Source: Octopus bimaculoides
Taxonomy: Eukaryota
DNA length: 64,000 nt
Assembly (NCBI RefSeq): GCF_001194135.2
Contig: NC_068993.1
Span: forward strand, 478,236 to 542,235
Direction of reading: 5' to 3'
Positions 49,017 to 59,197 of the stretch are shown one piece after another; position 1 is the first letter of the stretch; each line of letters opens with the position of its first letter. The position numbers were made by a program, and so were the translations under genes. Below the pieces are notes generated by a model, which saw nothing but the letters and a program-made list of their open reading frames with translations, was not told the DNA's origin and did not search any database.

Positions 49017-49470
49017 NNNNNNNNNNNNNNNNNNNNNNNNNNNNNNNNNNNNNNNNNNNNNNNNNNNNNNNNNNNNNNNNNNNNNNNNNNNNNNNNNNNN
49101 NNNNNNNNNNNNNNNNNNNNNNNNNNNNNNNNNNNNNNNNNNNNNNNNNNNNNNNNNNNNNNNNNNNNNNNNNNNNNNNNNNNNNNNNNNNNNNNNNNNN
49201 NNNNNNNNNNNNNNNNNNNNNNNNNNNNNNNNNNNNNNNNNNNNNNNNNNNNNNNNNNNNNNNNNNNNNNNNNNNNNNNNNNNNNNNNNNNNNNNNNNNN
49301 NNNNNNNNNNNNNNNNNNNNNNNNNNNNNNNNNNNNNNNNNNNNNNNNNNNNNNNNNNNNNNNNNNNNNNNNNNNTCCAATCCGGTATATTTGCTATAAA
49401 TATAAAGTCCGTTTCTAATGTGAGAGGTTTTACGATTCCAAACTTTAGCAGGAATTCTAGTGCGTAGCAT
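34748..49470 (-). CDS. ACSF2: Acyl-CoA synthetase family member 2 (medium-chain acyl-CoA ligase, mitochondrial), about 606+ aa
   Basis: 14 in-frame GT-AG exons from 47388 to 34748 (1723 nt). They contain [24 protein letters not shown], the AMP-binding P-loop [69 protein letters not shown] and the catalytic TGKIQKF. The first exon is a candidate cut by an N-gap. Confidence 0.96.
35675..35835 (-). mobile_element. tRNA-derived SINE, family A
   Basis: Reverse complement reads ggtgcaggagtggctgtgtggtaag...gggttcagccccactgc...ggaaactgaaaaaagcctgtcg. Confidence 0.82.
36338..36448 (-). CDS. ACSF2: ACSF2 exon 14 ([15 protein letters not shown]...YCVEH)
   Basis: ttttatag acceptor, gtaagt donor, 111 nt. 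Confidence 0.96.
37015..37455 (+). mobile_element. SINE family A with extended 3' region (diverged)
   Basis: Collinear with the 42540-42965 copy (ggaaactgaaagaagcc...gggttggtgacag...catccagccatagaaaat). Confidence 0.72.
37583..37724 (-). CDS. ACSF2: ACSF2 exon 13 (DIAILDENG...GGENIYP...KEVQ)
   Basis: cattgcag acceptor, gtatgc donor, phase 2 to 0. Confidence 0.96.
38291..38439 (-). CDS. ACSF2: ACSF2 exon 12 (AKIVNLDG...GGWYAT)
   Basis: ttggacag acceptor, gtaaga donor, phase 0 to 2. Confidence 0.95.
38690..39660 (+). mobile_element. Decayed RTE LINE 3' part (RT domain)
   Basis: [25 protein letters not shown], then a degenerate C-terminal region; many stops; coordinates approximate. Confidence 0.8.
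40433..40540 (-). CDS. ACSF2: ACSF2 exon 11 ([10 protein letters not shown]...SSHTE)
   Basis: gttttcag acceptor, gtaggt donor, 108 nt. Confidence 0.96.
40874..41042 (-). CDS. ACSF2: ACSF2 exon 10 ([11 protein letters not shown]...MHMPHIT)
   Basis: tccattag acceptor, gtaagt donor, phase 2 to 0. Confidence 0.96.
41653..41801 (-). CDS. ACSF2: ACSF2 exon 9 ([15 protein letters not shown]...AIENE)
   Basis: ttttttag acceptor, gtagac donor, phase 0 to 2. Confidence 0.95.
41970..42095 (-). mobile_element. tRNA-derived SINE, family B (partial)
   Basis: ttgaccccagtg...caaccctgaaaggatgaaaggcaaagtccacc. Confidence 0.72.
42306..42401 (-). CDS. ACSF2: ACSF2 exon 8 ([13 protein letters not shown]...RYNEV)
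   Basis: cttgtag acceptor, gtaag donor, 96 nt. Confidence 0.96.
42540..42965 (+). mobile_element. SINE family A with extended 3' region
   Basis: atggctgtgg...ggttcagtcccactgtgaggcac...gaaactgaaagaagccc(TG)n...ccagccatagaaaat. Confidence 0.8.
43072..43189 (-). CDS. ACSF2: ACSF2 exon 7 ([12 protein letters not shown]...[10 protein letters not shown])
   Basis: cgatttcag acceptor (the only AG that fits the phase), gtaagt donor. Confidence 0.92.
43557..43604 (-). CDS. ACSF2: ACSF2 exon 6 ([15 protein letters not shown])
   Basis: gtttatag acceptor, gtgagt donor, 48 nt, phase 2 to 2. Confidence 0.88.
44148..44266 (-). CDS. ACSF2: ACSF2 exon 5 ([10 protein letters not shown]...GDIKSK)
   Basis: atttaag acceptor, gtaagg donor, phase 0 to 2. 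Confidence 0.92.
44917..44970 (-). CDS. ACSF2: ACSF2 exon 4 ([18 protein letters not shown])
   Basis: ttcttacag acceptor, gtaaga donor, 54 nt. Confidence 0.93.
45969..46097 (-). CDS. ACSF2: ACSF2 exon 3 (CDQLAAS...WGPNSYEW...RAGIIS)
   Basis: ttttgatag acceptor, gtaaat donor, 129 nt. Confidence 0.95.
46265..46476. repeat. 212-bp foldback/palindromic element (MITE-like) in ACSF2 intron 2
   Basis: Arms 46265-46336 and 46405-46476 are reverse complements at 70/72 nt; inner ccagctggct/agccagctgg pair adds more stem. Confidence 0.92.
47181..47388 (-). CDS. ACSF2: ACSF2 exon 2 (GCTTDTK...SYVHGP...KTFAQFLKE)
   Basis: aatttcag acceptor, gtaagt donor, phase 2 to 0. Confidence 0.93.
48165..48305 (-). 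mobile_element. tRNA-derived SINE, family A
   Basis: aaagctttggtcggctcagg...gtagaagacacttg...gtgggactgaaccc. Confidence 0.78.
49376..49470 (-). CDS. ACSF2: ACSF2 probable exon 1, mitochondrial presequence-like ([31 protein letters not shown]...), truncated by gap
   Basis: aaagccATG context; Arg/Lys-rich with no acidic residues in 31 codons; locally CpG-richer; donor not visible because the frame enters the N-gap at 49375. Confidence 0.6.
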
Positions 49471-50204
49471 GGCTTTTACGTGCGGACACTTTCTGAAGCA
49501 GGGTTTATTAAGTTGATAACTCTATCTTTATAATCAAAAACATGTCCCTTATTTTTATTGGTTAGACCAAATTAGGAAAGTGCCAATGCGAGATATCAAC
49601 AGATAAGGTACTTGTACACCTTCAATAATTTTATATAATTATCATATCGAAACAAATTCTTATTCTTTAAAAGTGGAGGACGAGGTTGTATGTGTGTGTG
49701 GGAGGAGGTCTGGTGTTATAATTGAAAGCATGGCAAATGATTTTTCTGCTTGTGTTGTCCTTGCCCCATTTTATCTCCGAACAACTTTTGCCTCCTTTTA
49801 CTGTTAGCTGAATCTTTTACGTTCCCCTTTTCACCAGACTCATAGACACTTTTTTTTTTCTCTGTACCCAGCTGACAGGCAATGCTTTTAACAGTCTTCT
49901 GATAGTGACTCTTATTGGGGAGCTTTAACACTCATACGTTTTTAAAGTCACGTGGAAAAATCGTGACATTTAGAGGTGACAAATGTTTCTAACGAAGGAG
50001 GAATGGCGTTACGCACATCTCTTTAACTTTCAGGTATGCAAATACCTTACCATAATCCCCCATATCTTTTTTCTCTAGGTCAATTCCTACAACAAAAATA
50101 GAGATATATAGAAATATATCATTTTAATTTGCTACTAAATCACTAAAACTACAAAACAATCAAACGACAAAACAAGGCAACACGGAACATTAATATTTTA
50201 CACC

Positions 50205-50395
50205 TCCAAAGTGGCAGGCTGGCCAAATGCTTAGCAACATTTTGCTTGTCTTTATGTGCTGAGTTCAAATTCTACTGAGGTTGACTTTGCTTTTCATCCT
50301 TTCAGGGTCAATGAAATAGGTACCAGTTATGTACTGGGGTTGATGTAATTGCCTAGCCCCTTCTATCAAAGTTATAGGCCTTGGGGTCATAGTGG
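50205..50395 (+). mobile_element. tRNA-derived SINE, family B
   Basis: ccaaatgcttagc...gagttcaaattct...ttgactttgcttttcatcctttcagggtc...gtactggggttgatgtaatt. Confidence 0.8.
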
Positions 50396-50649
50396 AAATT
50401 ATTATTGAGTAGGAGAGCAGCACAATATAGAAACATTTCTCATGGCATCAGCACACAATTTACAGATGCTGACAATTTTTATATTCTTTGTGAAGTTTCC
50501 ACGGATCCAGCTAATTATTATTGTTATTTGTATAATATGACCATTAAATCAATGTTTGGGTATCTTATTACAAAGTATCCTCATCCCTTGTTTGCTAATT
50601 GCACATGGCCACATTTCAATGACTGAAACAATTCAAAGATAAAAGGTAA

Positions 50650-51010
50650 TAAAAAAGCAAATGTGTTCTTTTATGCATCTGTCCTCATCCATCTGCATCA
50701 CATGACCAAACCAACACAGTCTTCTTTCTTCCAGATTACACCTGATGCCCCTTCTGCCCAATCTTTCTCTCAATACATTTGCACTTCATCATACATGCAC
50801 ACAGCTGTTGCAGATCTAGTGGACCATACTAACTTCGTACCATCTTAGTCTTTGCATGTCTTCTGCATTTGTGGAACTACTGTTCATATACATGCAGCCT
50901 AAAATTTCTTTTCCGTCCTGAGATGGATGCATTTTGTTATCATCAGAGATAAAAGCTCTCTGAATTTTCTCCACCTTATTCTTATTTTGGCAACTATACT
51001 TTTGAAACAA
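50650..51010 (-). mobile_element. Decayed RTE LINE C-terminal fragment
   Basis: Reverse strand encodes an RRLCWFGHVMQMDEDRCIK-like motif typical of RTE ORF ends; approximate. Confidence 0.7.
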
Positions 51011-51293
51011 CCTCTTCCACTACAAATTAACTCACATAGATAATAGAATCGATCTCCCACCTCCAAGACATTCAAGAGAATCTATTTCCTATGTGTTATT
51101 AGTGTTCATTGCTCCTGTGCATTTACCACATATAGACATGGCTTTCTTCATTAGCCCTCCTGTAATTCTGTTGAACCTCTTGTTTGTCCATAGCTTGCAC
51201 TGGGTACATCATGCAGAATTCCTCCCTAATACATATATATATGGTTTGAAGAGATAGCACAAAGCTAAATAGAGGTGGAAAGCTTATTCTCAA

Positions 51294-51333
<40 letters not shown>

Positions 51334-52304
51334 TGGCAGTGATGATAGTAGTGGTGGTGTTGACAGGTAGTTGTGGTGGTGGTGGTGGTGGAGGTGGTGA
51401 GTGAGAAATGCATTTATGAAGCAGTTAACAAGTAAATGGAAAAGAATCTGCAATAGTTTAATTCTAATGTAGCAGAGTTAAGACAGTCTTAGACACTAAG
51501 ACATGTCAGAGTTAAACCGCGTCCCAGCTTAAAACCGATGTCACACTTCTCAAAGCAATGATAAGACATCACAGCTGTAAACAAGTAAGTTATATCTCCA
51601 ACTTTATCAAGTGGACTGAGCAATCTACAGTAAATGGAAATTAAATATCTCAGTTTTTATCAATAATAATAAGAAGAAGAAGAAGAAAAGGAGCAGCAGC
51701 AACAACAACAACAACAACCTACCCGTGATTTCTCTTTCAAATGTCATCTGACCATCAAAGGAATTTCTCTGTTATCTTCCACTTAATTCTATGCAAACAT
51801 TACACAATTTCTGAAGTAAGGACAAGATGACCCACAAACTAAATTGTTGGTCAACATGTTGCACTATCTGCAGAGAATAGGAAACTGCAAAGAAGGGGAA
51901 CAGCATGTTCCACTGTTTAAATAGAAGAACAACTGTTGAATCTCCAGTTTAATGGCACACCATGTGCCACTGGCAAGTTTCATACAATTTCACTGCGGCC
52001 AAGTTGGCCATACTGACCAAACCAAAATTTTCAACAGTTTCTGCAATTTCTTCAAATTACAAAAACATAATTGAAAAAAAAAGTTCAATTTTTCAACTTT
52101 AAGCACAATTTTGTAAAAAATTATATTGGTTTATTCTTTTACTGGTTTTGGTCACTGGCCTGTGCCCATGCTGGAGCAATGCCTTCAAGTGTTTAAGTTG
52201 ATCTTAGTCTTTACTTTTATCAACCTTGAAAAAAAATGAATGGTAAAATCCAGCCTAAGAATGGCTTGAGCTTAGAATATCATCATCATCATTTAATGTC
52301 CACT

Positions 52305-52690
52305 TTCCCTAATTAGTTGGGCTATGACCCTCTCCGTGACTTTCATCGCCTGATCCAACAATTTGATACCTCTGTAGTTATTTGTATCTAATGCATCACC
52401 TTTACCTTTGTAGCAGTTGACTATGGTGTTGCCACACCAGTCATTGGGTGTGACTCTTTTATGTATCACCTAGTTGACTATACAGGTGACTAGACTATAG
52501 CCTACGCTGCCAGATATTTTAAACATCTCAACAGTGATTCCTGATGGGCTGGGGGCTTTCCCTGTCTTCATACCCTTAATTTCTTTATCTACCAAGCTAC
52601 TGTCAATTCAGATAGCTGGTCCCTCTGTTGGGTTGACATTTAGCAGACTAGCTAGTCCCTCTGTGAAAAGATTATAAAAGTTTGTTTAAT
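52305..52690 (-). mobile_element. Decayed RTE LINE fragment (N-terminal part of RT)
   Basis: MKTGKAPSPSGITVEMFK, DWCGNTIVNCYKGKGDALDTNNYRGIKLLDQAMKVTERVI. Confidence 0.88.
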
Positions 52691-53132
52691 ATGGCATTCA
52701 CTGACAATACTGTCAAGTTGGAAGATTCCTGACACTGTCTCTAACAGTCTCAACTGCTGGATGAAGTGACAAAGAAAACTGAACTCTGAGAATGAATGTA
52801 GAAAAGATAATTGAGCACATGGAGATTGGTCCTGAAACTGATCATGATAGTTAAAGACAAGACTGAAAGACATGAGGTGATGTGTTGACAGTGTTCTTTG
52901 CAATGATGGATATGCTAGAACTGTTCTTAAGTTCAGAATTGGAAAGGTGACAGCATTATTTCAGTGAATGCTACCATTAAACATAACATATATTTGACAT
53001 TTAAAAACTTTATTTTGAATCAAATCTCTTTGAGCTGAATTTATTACAAAATTCCAGAAAAGATTTTTATCAGGAACAAAGACAAAACTTTTCCGAAATG
53101 ATTTAAAGAATCTTAAATTTCTCAAAATTGTT

Positions 53133-53237
53133 TTACATTTGGATTGTTTTGGAATTCAATGATTTTTCTCTTTCAACATTTTGCTCTTCATTCTTTAACT
53201 TGGTTTTTTGTTGTAGAAGTGTAATCTCTTTCAAGAA
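53133..53237 (-). CDS. FAM47-like last exon (FLKEITLLQQK...KTIQM*)
   Basis: catttttag acceptor; starts with FL, completing the RKPEFL motif; TAA at 53135-53133. Confidence 0.82.
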   Translation of the reverse strand, partial: FLKEITLLQQKTKLKNEEQNVEREKSLNSKTIQM

Positions 53238-55454
53238 CTAAAAATGAAAAAAAAAAGAAAGCCATGAGGGTTCTAACAATTCCATTTAATTATAGTTTGG
53301 ATAATAAGAGACTTATTTTCAAACATTGATGTATTCAATGGAATAACCAAATATTGGTTTGTTCTTTGGACTCAACAAATATAAAGTTTGACAAAATTTC
53401 ACTGAAACAAAAATGAAATAAATCTTAAGATTTTGGAAAAAAAGTGTTCTCAAATTATTGTATGCTGTGTATACATCAGAACACTGATGTATAACAGATA
53501 TTCACTATATACATACACTGTTCTGTTGCACACACAGTAACATGTACACTGTTTTATACATAACTAGCAGAAATACCCGGCGTTGCCCGGGTTAAAGAGA
53601 ATAATGAAATCTAAAAACGCTGTCTAGACTACGCATCATCTTTATATATAGAGATGTATATACACACATGCACCCAAACACACGTATATATATGTATATC
53701 AATATAAATATATGAAAGTCAATGAAGTTTCGTAAAAGAAGGTGATCATGAACATACTTTCTTGCTGTTGTGATTATGACACCTCATTGTAAACTATGTT
53801 CCTTGTTTTCCCTTGTGGAGCATATACAAATAGGTTTTTTTGTTGCTGCCCACTCTTGAGCAGCCAACATACAGTTGTCCATGTGAGAAGCAGGGCTCTT
53901 CCAAGAGNNNNNNNNNNNNNNNNNNNNNNNNNNNNNNNNNNNNNNNNNNNNNNNNNNNNNNNNNNNNNNNNNNNNNNNNNNNNNNNNNNNNNNNNNNNNN
54001 NNNNNNNNNNNNNNNNNNNNNNNNNNNNNNNNNNNNNNNNNNNNNNNNNNNNNNNNNNNNNNNNNNNNNNNNNNNNNNNNNNNNNNNNNNNNNNNNNNNN
54101 NNNNNNNNNNNNNNNNNNNNNNNNNNNNNNNNNNNNNNNNNNNNNNNNNNNNNNNNNNNNNNNNNNNNNNNNNNNNNNNNNNNNNNNNNNNNNNNNNNNN
54201 NNNNNNNNNNNNNNNNNNNNNNNNNNNNNNNNNNNNNNNNNNNNNNNNNNNNNNNNNNNNNNNNNNNNNNNNNNNNNNNNNNNNNNNNNNNNNNNNNNNN
54301 NNNNNNNNNNNNNNNNNNNNNNNNNNNNNNNNNNNNNNNNNNNNNNNNNNNNNNNNNNNNNNNNNNNNNNNNNNNNNNNNNNNNNNNNNNNNNNNNNNNN
54401 NNNNNNNNNNNNNNNNNNNNNNNNNNNNNNNNNNNNNNNNNNNNNNNNNNNNNNNNNNNNNNNNNNNNNNNNNNNNNNNNNNNNNNNNNNNNNNNNNNNN
54501 NNNNNNNNNNNNNNNNNNNNNNNNNNNNNNNNNNNNNNNNNNNNNNNNNNNNNNNNNNNNNNNNNNNNNNNNNNNNNNNNNNNNNNNNNNNNNNNNNNNN
54601 NNNNNNNNNNNNNNNNNNNNNNNNNNNNNNNNNNNNNNNNNNNNNNNNNNNNNNNNNNNNNNNNNNNNNNNNNNNNNNNNNNNNNNNNNNNNNNNNNNNN
54701 NNNNNNNNNNNNNNNNNNNNNNNNNNNNAAATGTGATTGTTTCAGTTAGTGGAATAGTTTCATTTTTAAAGTGAAAGTATTTGACATGAGTGTTTTTGTT
54801 TCACTTTTGACACGTAATACTTAAATAGTGGAGGAGATATTATGTTGCCGTGTGCTCGAACTCTGCAAGAAGTTAATAATTTTTTTTGACTAAAACACAA
54901 CTGGAACCCTAAGTAAGGCATGTGTAAAATTTGAATGAAATTGGTTGCGTAGTTCTCGAGTTTTAGGGATTCACACAGACAGACAGACAGATAGACAGAC
55001 AGACAGACAGACATTCTCATTTTTATATATATAGATAACTGTGTGTTAACACAATTATATAAAAGGATTACACAACATGCATTAACACACCAATGTTTGA
55101 TAAATCAAAAGCAGAACTTACTTCTGGTTTCCTGTATCCTCGGTTGTTGATCCAATCTAAAAATGCCTGTGAACAATACAGCAAAGACAGTTTGGAATTC
55201 TGTGAAATAAAATATTATGATTTTCTTATTCTGTAGAAATAACCAAAGATTATTATGTGTACCATACTCATATCTCTAACAATGAACTTAAGACCAAAAC
55301 ATTTGACATATTATTATTATTATTATTATTATTATGATTATCATTATTATTATTATGATTATCATCATTATTATTATTATTATCATCATCATTATTATTA
55401 TTATCATCATTATTATTATTATTATTATCATCATTATTATTATTATTATTATCA

Positions 55455-55492
<38 letters not shown>

Positions 55493-55808
55493 TTCTTCAT
55501 GTTCAAGTACATGTGTATTGATCATTATTTTATTTATTCTATTCAATTTTAGGAAAATTGAAACGTGTCTCTGACAATTCTGGAGAGAATTGAACTTATT
55601 TTGTGCATAACTTTTGGCCCATCCTGTATGACTCAGTGGTTAGAGTGTCAGGCTCGCGATCATGAGGTAGTGAGTTTGATTCCCTGACCGTGTTGTTGAG
55701 CAAGACACTTTATTTTCATGTTGCTCCAGTTCACTTGTGCCTCGGAGGGGAACTTCCTGGGTACAAATCCATGGTCCATTCATGATCAAAGGGTGTCCTT
55801 TTATGTGA

Positions 55809-55844
<36 letters not shown>

Positions 55845-57767
55845 NNNNNNNNNNNNNNNNNNNNNNNNNNNNNNNNNNNNNNNNNNNNNNNNNNNNNNNN
55901 NNNNNNNNNNNNNNNCATAAAGAAAGAGAGAAATTTACCAGACTAATACTAAGTTTTTTCCTCTCTGATAATTCTTCACTTGGTAATTCTTTAGAATCTT
56001 CTAATTGGTTTTCATTATCTTCTTTCTTCCATGCCTTTACTGGAAGATACCAGGCACCAAACACTGGTCTTTTAGTTGGAAATGGTGAAACTTGCTCTGT
56101 GTGATTTTTACTGTTCTTGTGAGGTAATGGAGGAAGTGTTGATGGTTTCTGGCAGAAAAAAAATTATTGTCTTGAGAAAATGGACACATGAATACATTAG
56201 CATCATACATATACGCAACAGCACACACACACACAATTACACATAGACATATAAACACATAGACATATAAACACACACACAATTACACATAGACATATAA
56301 ACAAACAAAAACTGACAAACTCTGTCAATGAAGAATTTCCATTCTTATTCATCTGTTGCCAACCCAGTGCAGGATGAAGGCCTCAACATGCCATGACCAG
56401 CTTATCTCTGTTGGTTGCAGTTCTACCTGCCTACTCTGACCAATCACAGGTCAGACTGGTTGCTCCTGTGGTCAGTGATTCGTCCTGGCCTTACAAGGTG
56501 CCTGGCTCAAATTTGAGCTCAGAACACAATGAATCAGATCAAACACTCTAATGACCCCCACCAATCCTCACACCTGAATAAATATTTTGTTTATGAACCC
56601 TGGAATGGTCAAAGGTAAAGTTAACTTAACTAGGTTTGAACTCACTGTGTATAGACCTGGAATCAATACCACAAGGTATTCGATTGGATAACATGATGTG
56701 TGTGTGTGTGTGTGTGTCTTTGTGTCTGTTTGTCCTACCCTCACTGCTTGACAAACATTGTTGGTGTGTTTACATCCCCCATAACTTAGTGGTTTGGCAA
56801 AAGAGAGCGATAGAATAAGTACTGGGGTCAATTCATTTGACTCAAAATTCTTCAAAGTGGTGCCCCAGCACGGCCACAGTCTAATGGCTTAAATAAGTAA
56901 GATATAAAAGATAATAGCAAATTCCTTTTAAGTTTTGTAAGAGAAAAAAAAAAAAGAAAGAGTGAAAAACTTTCTTACTGCAGCCGGTCTCTGTTTCAAT
57001 GTTTTGTTTTGAATAGGTTTATGGTTTTGGTAAACTTTATCTGACACATCAAGGTTATGGTGTGTGCCTTGAGAAATGTCAACAATTTCAATTGGAACAG
57101 AAAGAGTTGGTTTATTTTCATAATCGTTGCTAAAAAGTGCATTAATCGTTGATTCATCAATACTGTTGTCTCCTCCAAGACTTGATACCCATTCACAAAA
57201 TTCTTGGATAACATTTTTCACATGATCATTCTGGAAGACACAATAACAGAAACACTTGCTTTATAAACTGACACATGTAATATATATGACAGCACATCTG
57301 TCAAATGTAATATGTTTTATTTGTGGACCGTCAAATGACTGACATATATAATAATTTGTCCATTAAATTTGATGATGATCAAACAACAACCCAAATATAA
57401 AAGAGAGAAAGAGAGACAAAGGAGAAAATAGAAGATGATGTCTAAGGTTATATTCATCTGTTGGTGATCAATAAGACTTCAGCCACATAGAAGCACTTCA
57501 ACAGGGAACTCATCCATGCAAGGGACCAGAGAATCACAAACTCTCCTACATCAACTATACTTTCTGAGTGCCTGGAGTTGTGGAAGTGGTAGAATCTCAT
57601 TGTGGTAAATATGTGGTACGCCGCAGACACAATGAAAGATCCACTGTCTGTGGATCCAAGAAGTTTCAACCATTTGTAATTAATGAAAACCATGATTGAT
57701 GACATAACATTTCAACAAGTGTTGTTGTTTGTATATCTTGCATGTCCATGTATGCAAGGATGTATGA

Positions 57768-57812
<45 letters not shown>

Positions 57813-59155
57813 TTATAACCTTATATGTATATGCATACACACACACACAAACAGAATCTCTATGTATATGTGTATACATATATATATACACACACACATG
57901 TTGATGCCATCACCCAAATGGTGTACATTTGTGCCATGAGTATATCTTACATGTGCATCTGATATTCTGTCTCCTTTCTTTTGTTCTTTGTTTTTGTCTT
58001 CGTTTTTCGTGGTCAGCCACCGATATGGGTTACGCAAGGTCTCACCATCACTGAAAGTAGACAACAAACTCAATGACAAAGCAGCTCAATCACTCCTCTC
58101 ACCCCCAACTGTAACAGAGAGAAAAGGGAGGGTGGAGGGTAATCTTATGGCTTCAACATGTGGAAGTGGAAAAAGGGCCATAGTTCGAATCCAAGTTGGA
58201 TAAACATTTTATAGTTCCTGAACAAGGGAGGTAACTCTACTCATTCTGCTTGACCGAACAAAGAAGTTTGTAATTCCTAATGAAGGAATAAGTAATTAGC
58301 AAACAGCGTAATTAGTCTGTGAAGAATGTCTGAGAGAAACAGTCAATGTCATCACTGTTTCCGTTGTTGTGTACAAGAAGATTACAAAAAAAAATATTGA
58401 CGACTCACTTGTTAGAGTTGGCAACTGGAACAGAATTAGCAAACGAAGATTTGTTTTCCAATTGTTTCTTCTGTCCTTCCATTTGATGGTTTGCAGCATT
58501 TTCATTCAAGTTTGGTTGAATAATATTAGAGGCAAACTGATTAATAATCTTCATCTCGGTAACGTCCTTGGTGGAAGTATCCATTTCTTCAGGACTTTGG
58601 GGATTATACATTTCAGGGTCCAGCAGTTTGACAATATCCAGAAACACCTAAAAGGACAAAAATGGTTGTTAGTTTTTTAAGACCAGTTTATAAGAAAGAT
58701 GATGATGTTGCAGAGATAGATGACAGCAATGTGGACCCTAGCCATGCTGGCATCAATCACAGCCTTGCTACTTTAACCCCGAGGACACATATAAACTATG
58801 TCCTTTCTTTGTACTTTCTATTGTGGCTTCTGCACCTCACAGCCGTCTGGTCTCATATCAACGTCTCTCCTCCTTCCTTTATTTGTCTGGCCTCTTCCCT
58901 CCACTCCAGAACCGACTCCAAACATTTCACCAATTCCTTCCTTCTCACAATATTAATGCATTCCCAGTTTTCTGTAGGTGTAACATGTCACACTGTCATT
59001 GTCCCACATACGTGTGTGTCGTTATCTATATATATATATATATATATAATCAAGTGGAGAACCCACACAAGTAATCTCCAGGAGTGCCTTCGGATTTAAT
59101 TATCCCCTGGTTGCTTAGATACTTCAGACTACCCCTTGAATATTAAAGCAATCCT

Positions 59156-59197
<42 letters not shown>

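Noticed and set aside
55255-55552. Poly-Y, poly-N and poly-I ORFs
   Set aside because: Translations of a compound (TAT)n/(CAT)n microsatellite
55616-55700. Possible tRNA gene
   Set aside because: Has A/B-box-like motifs but no acceptor-stem closure and continues into a SINE-like body
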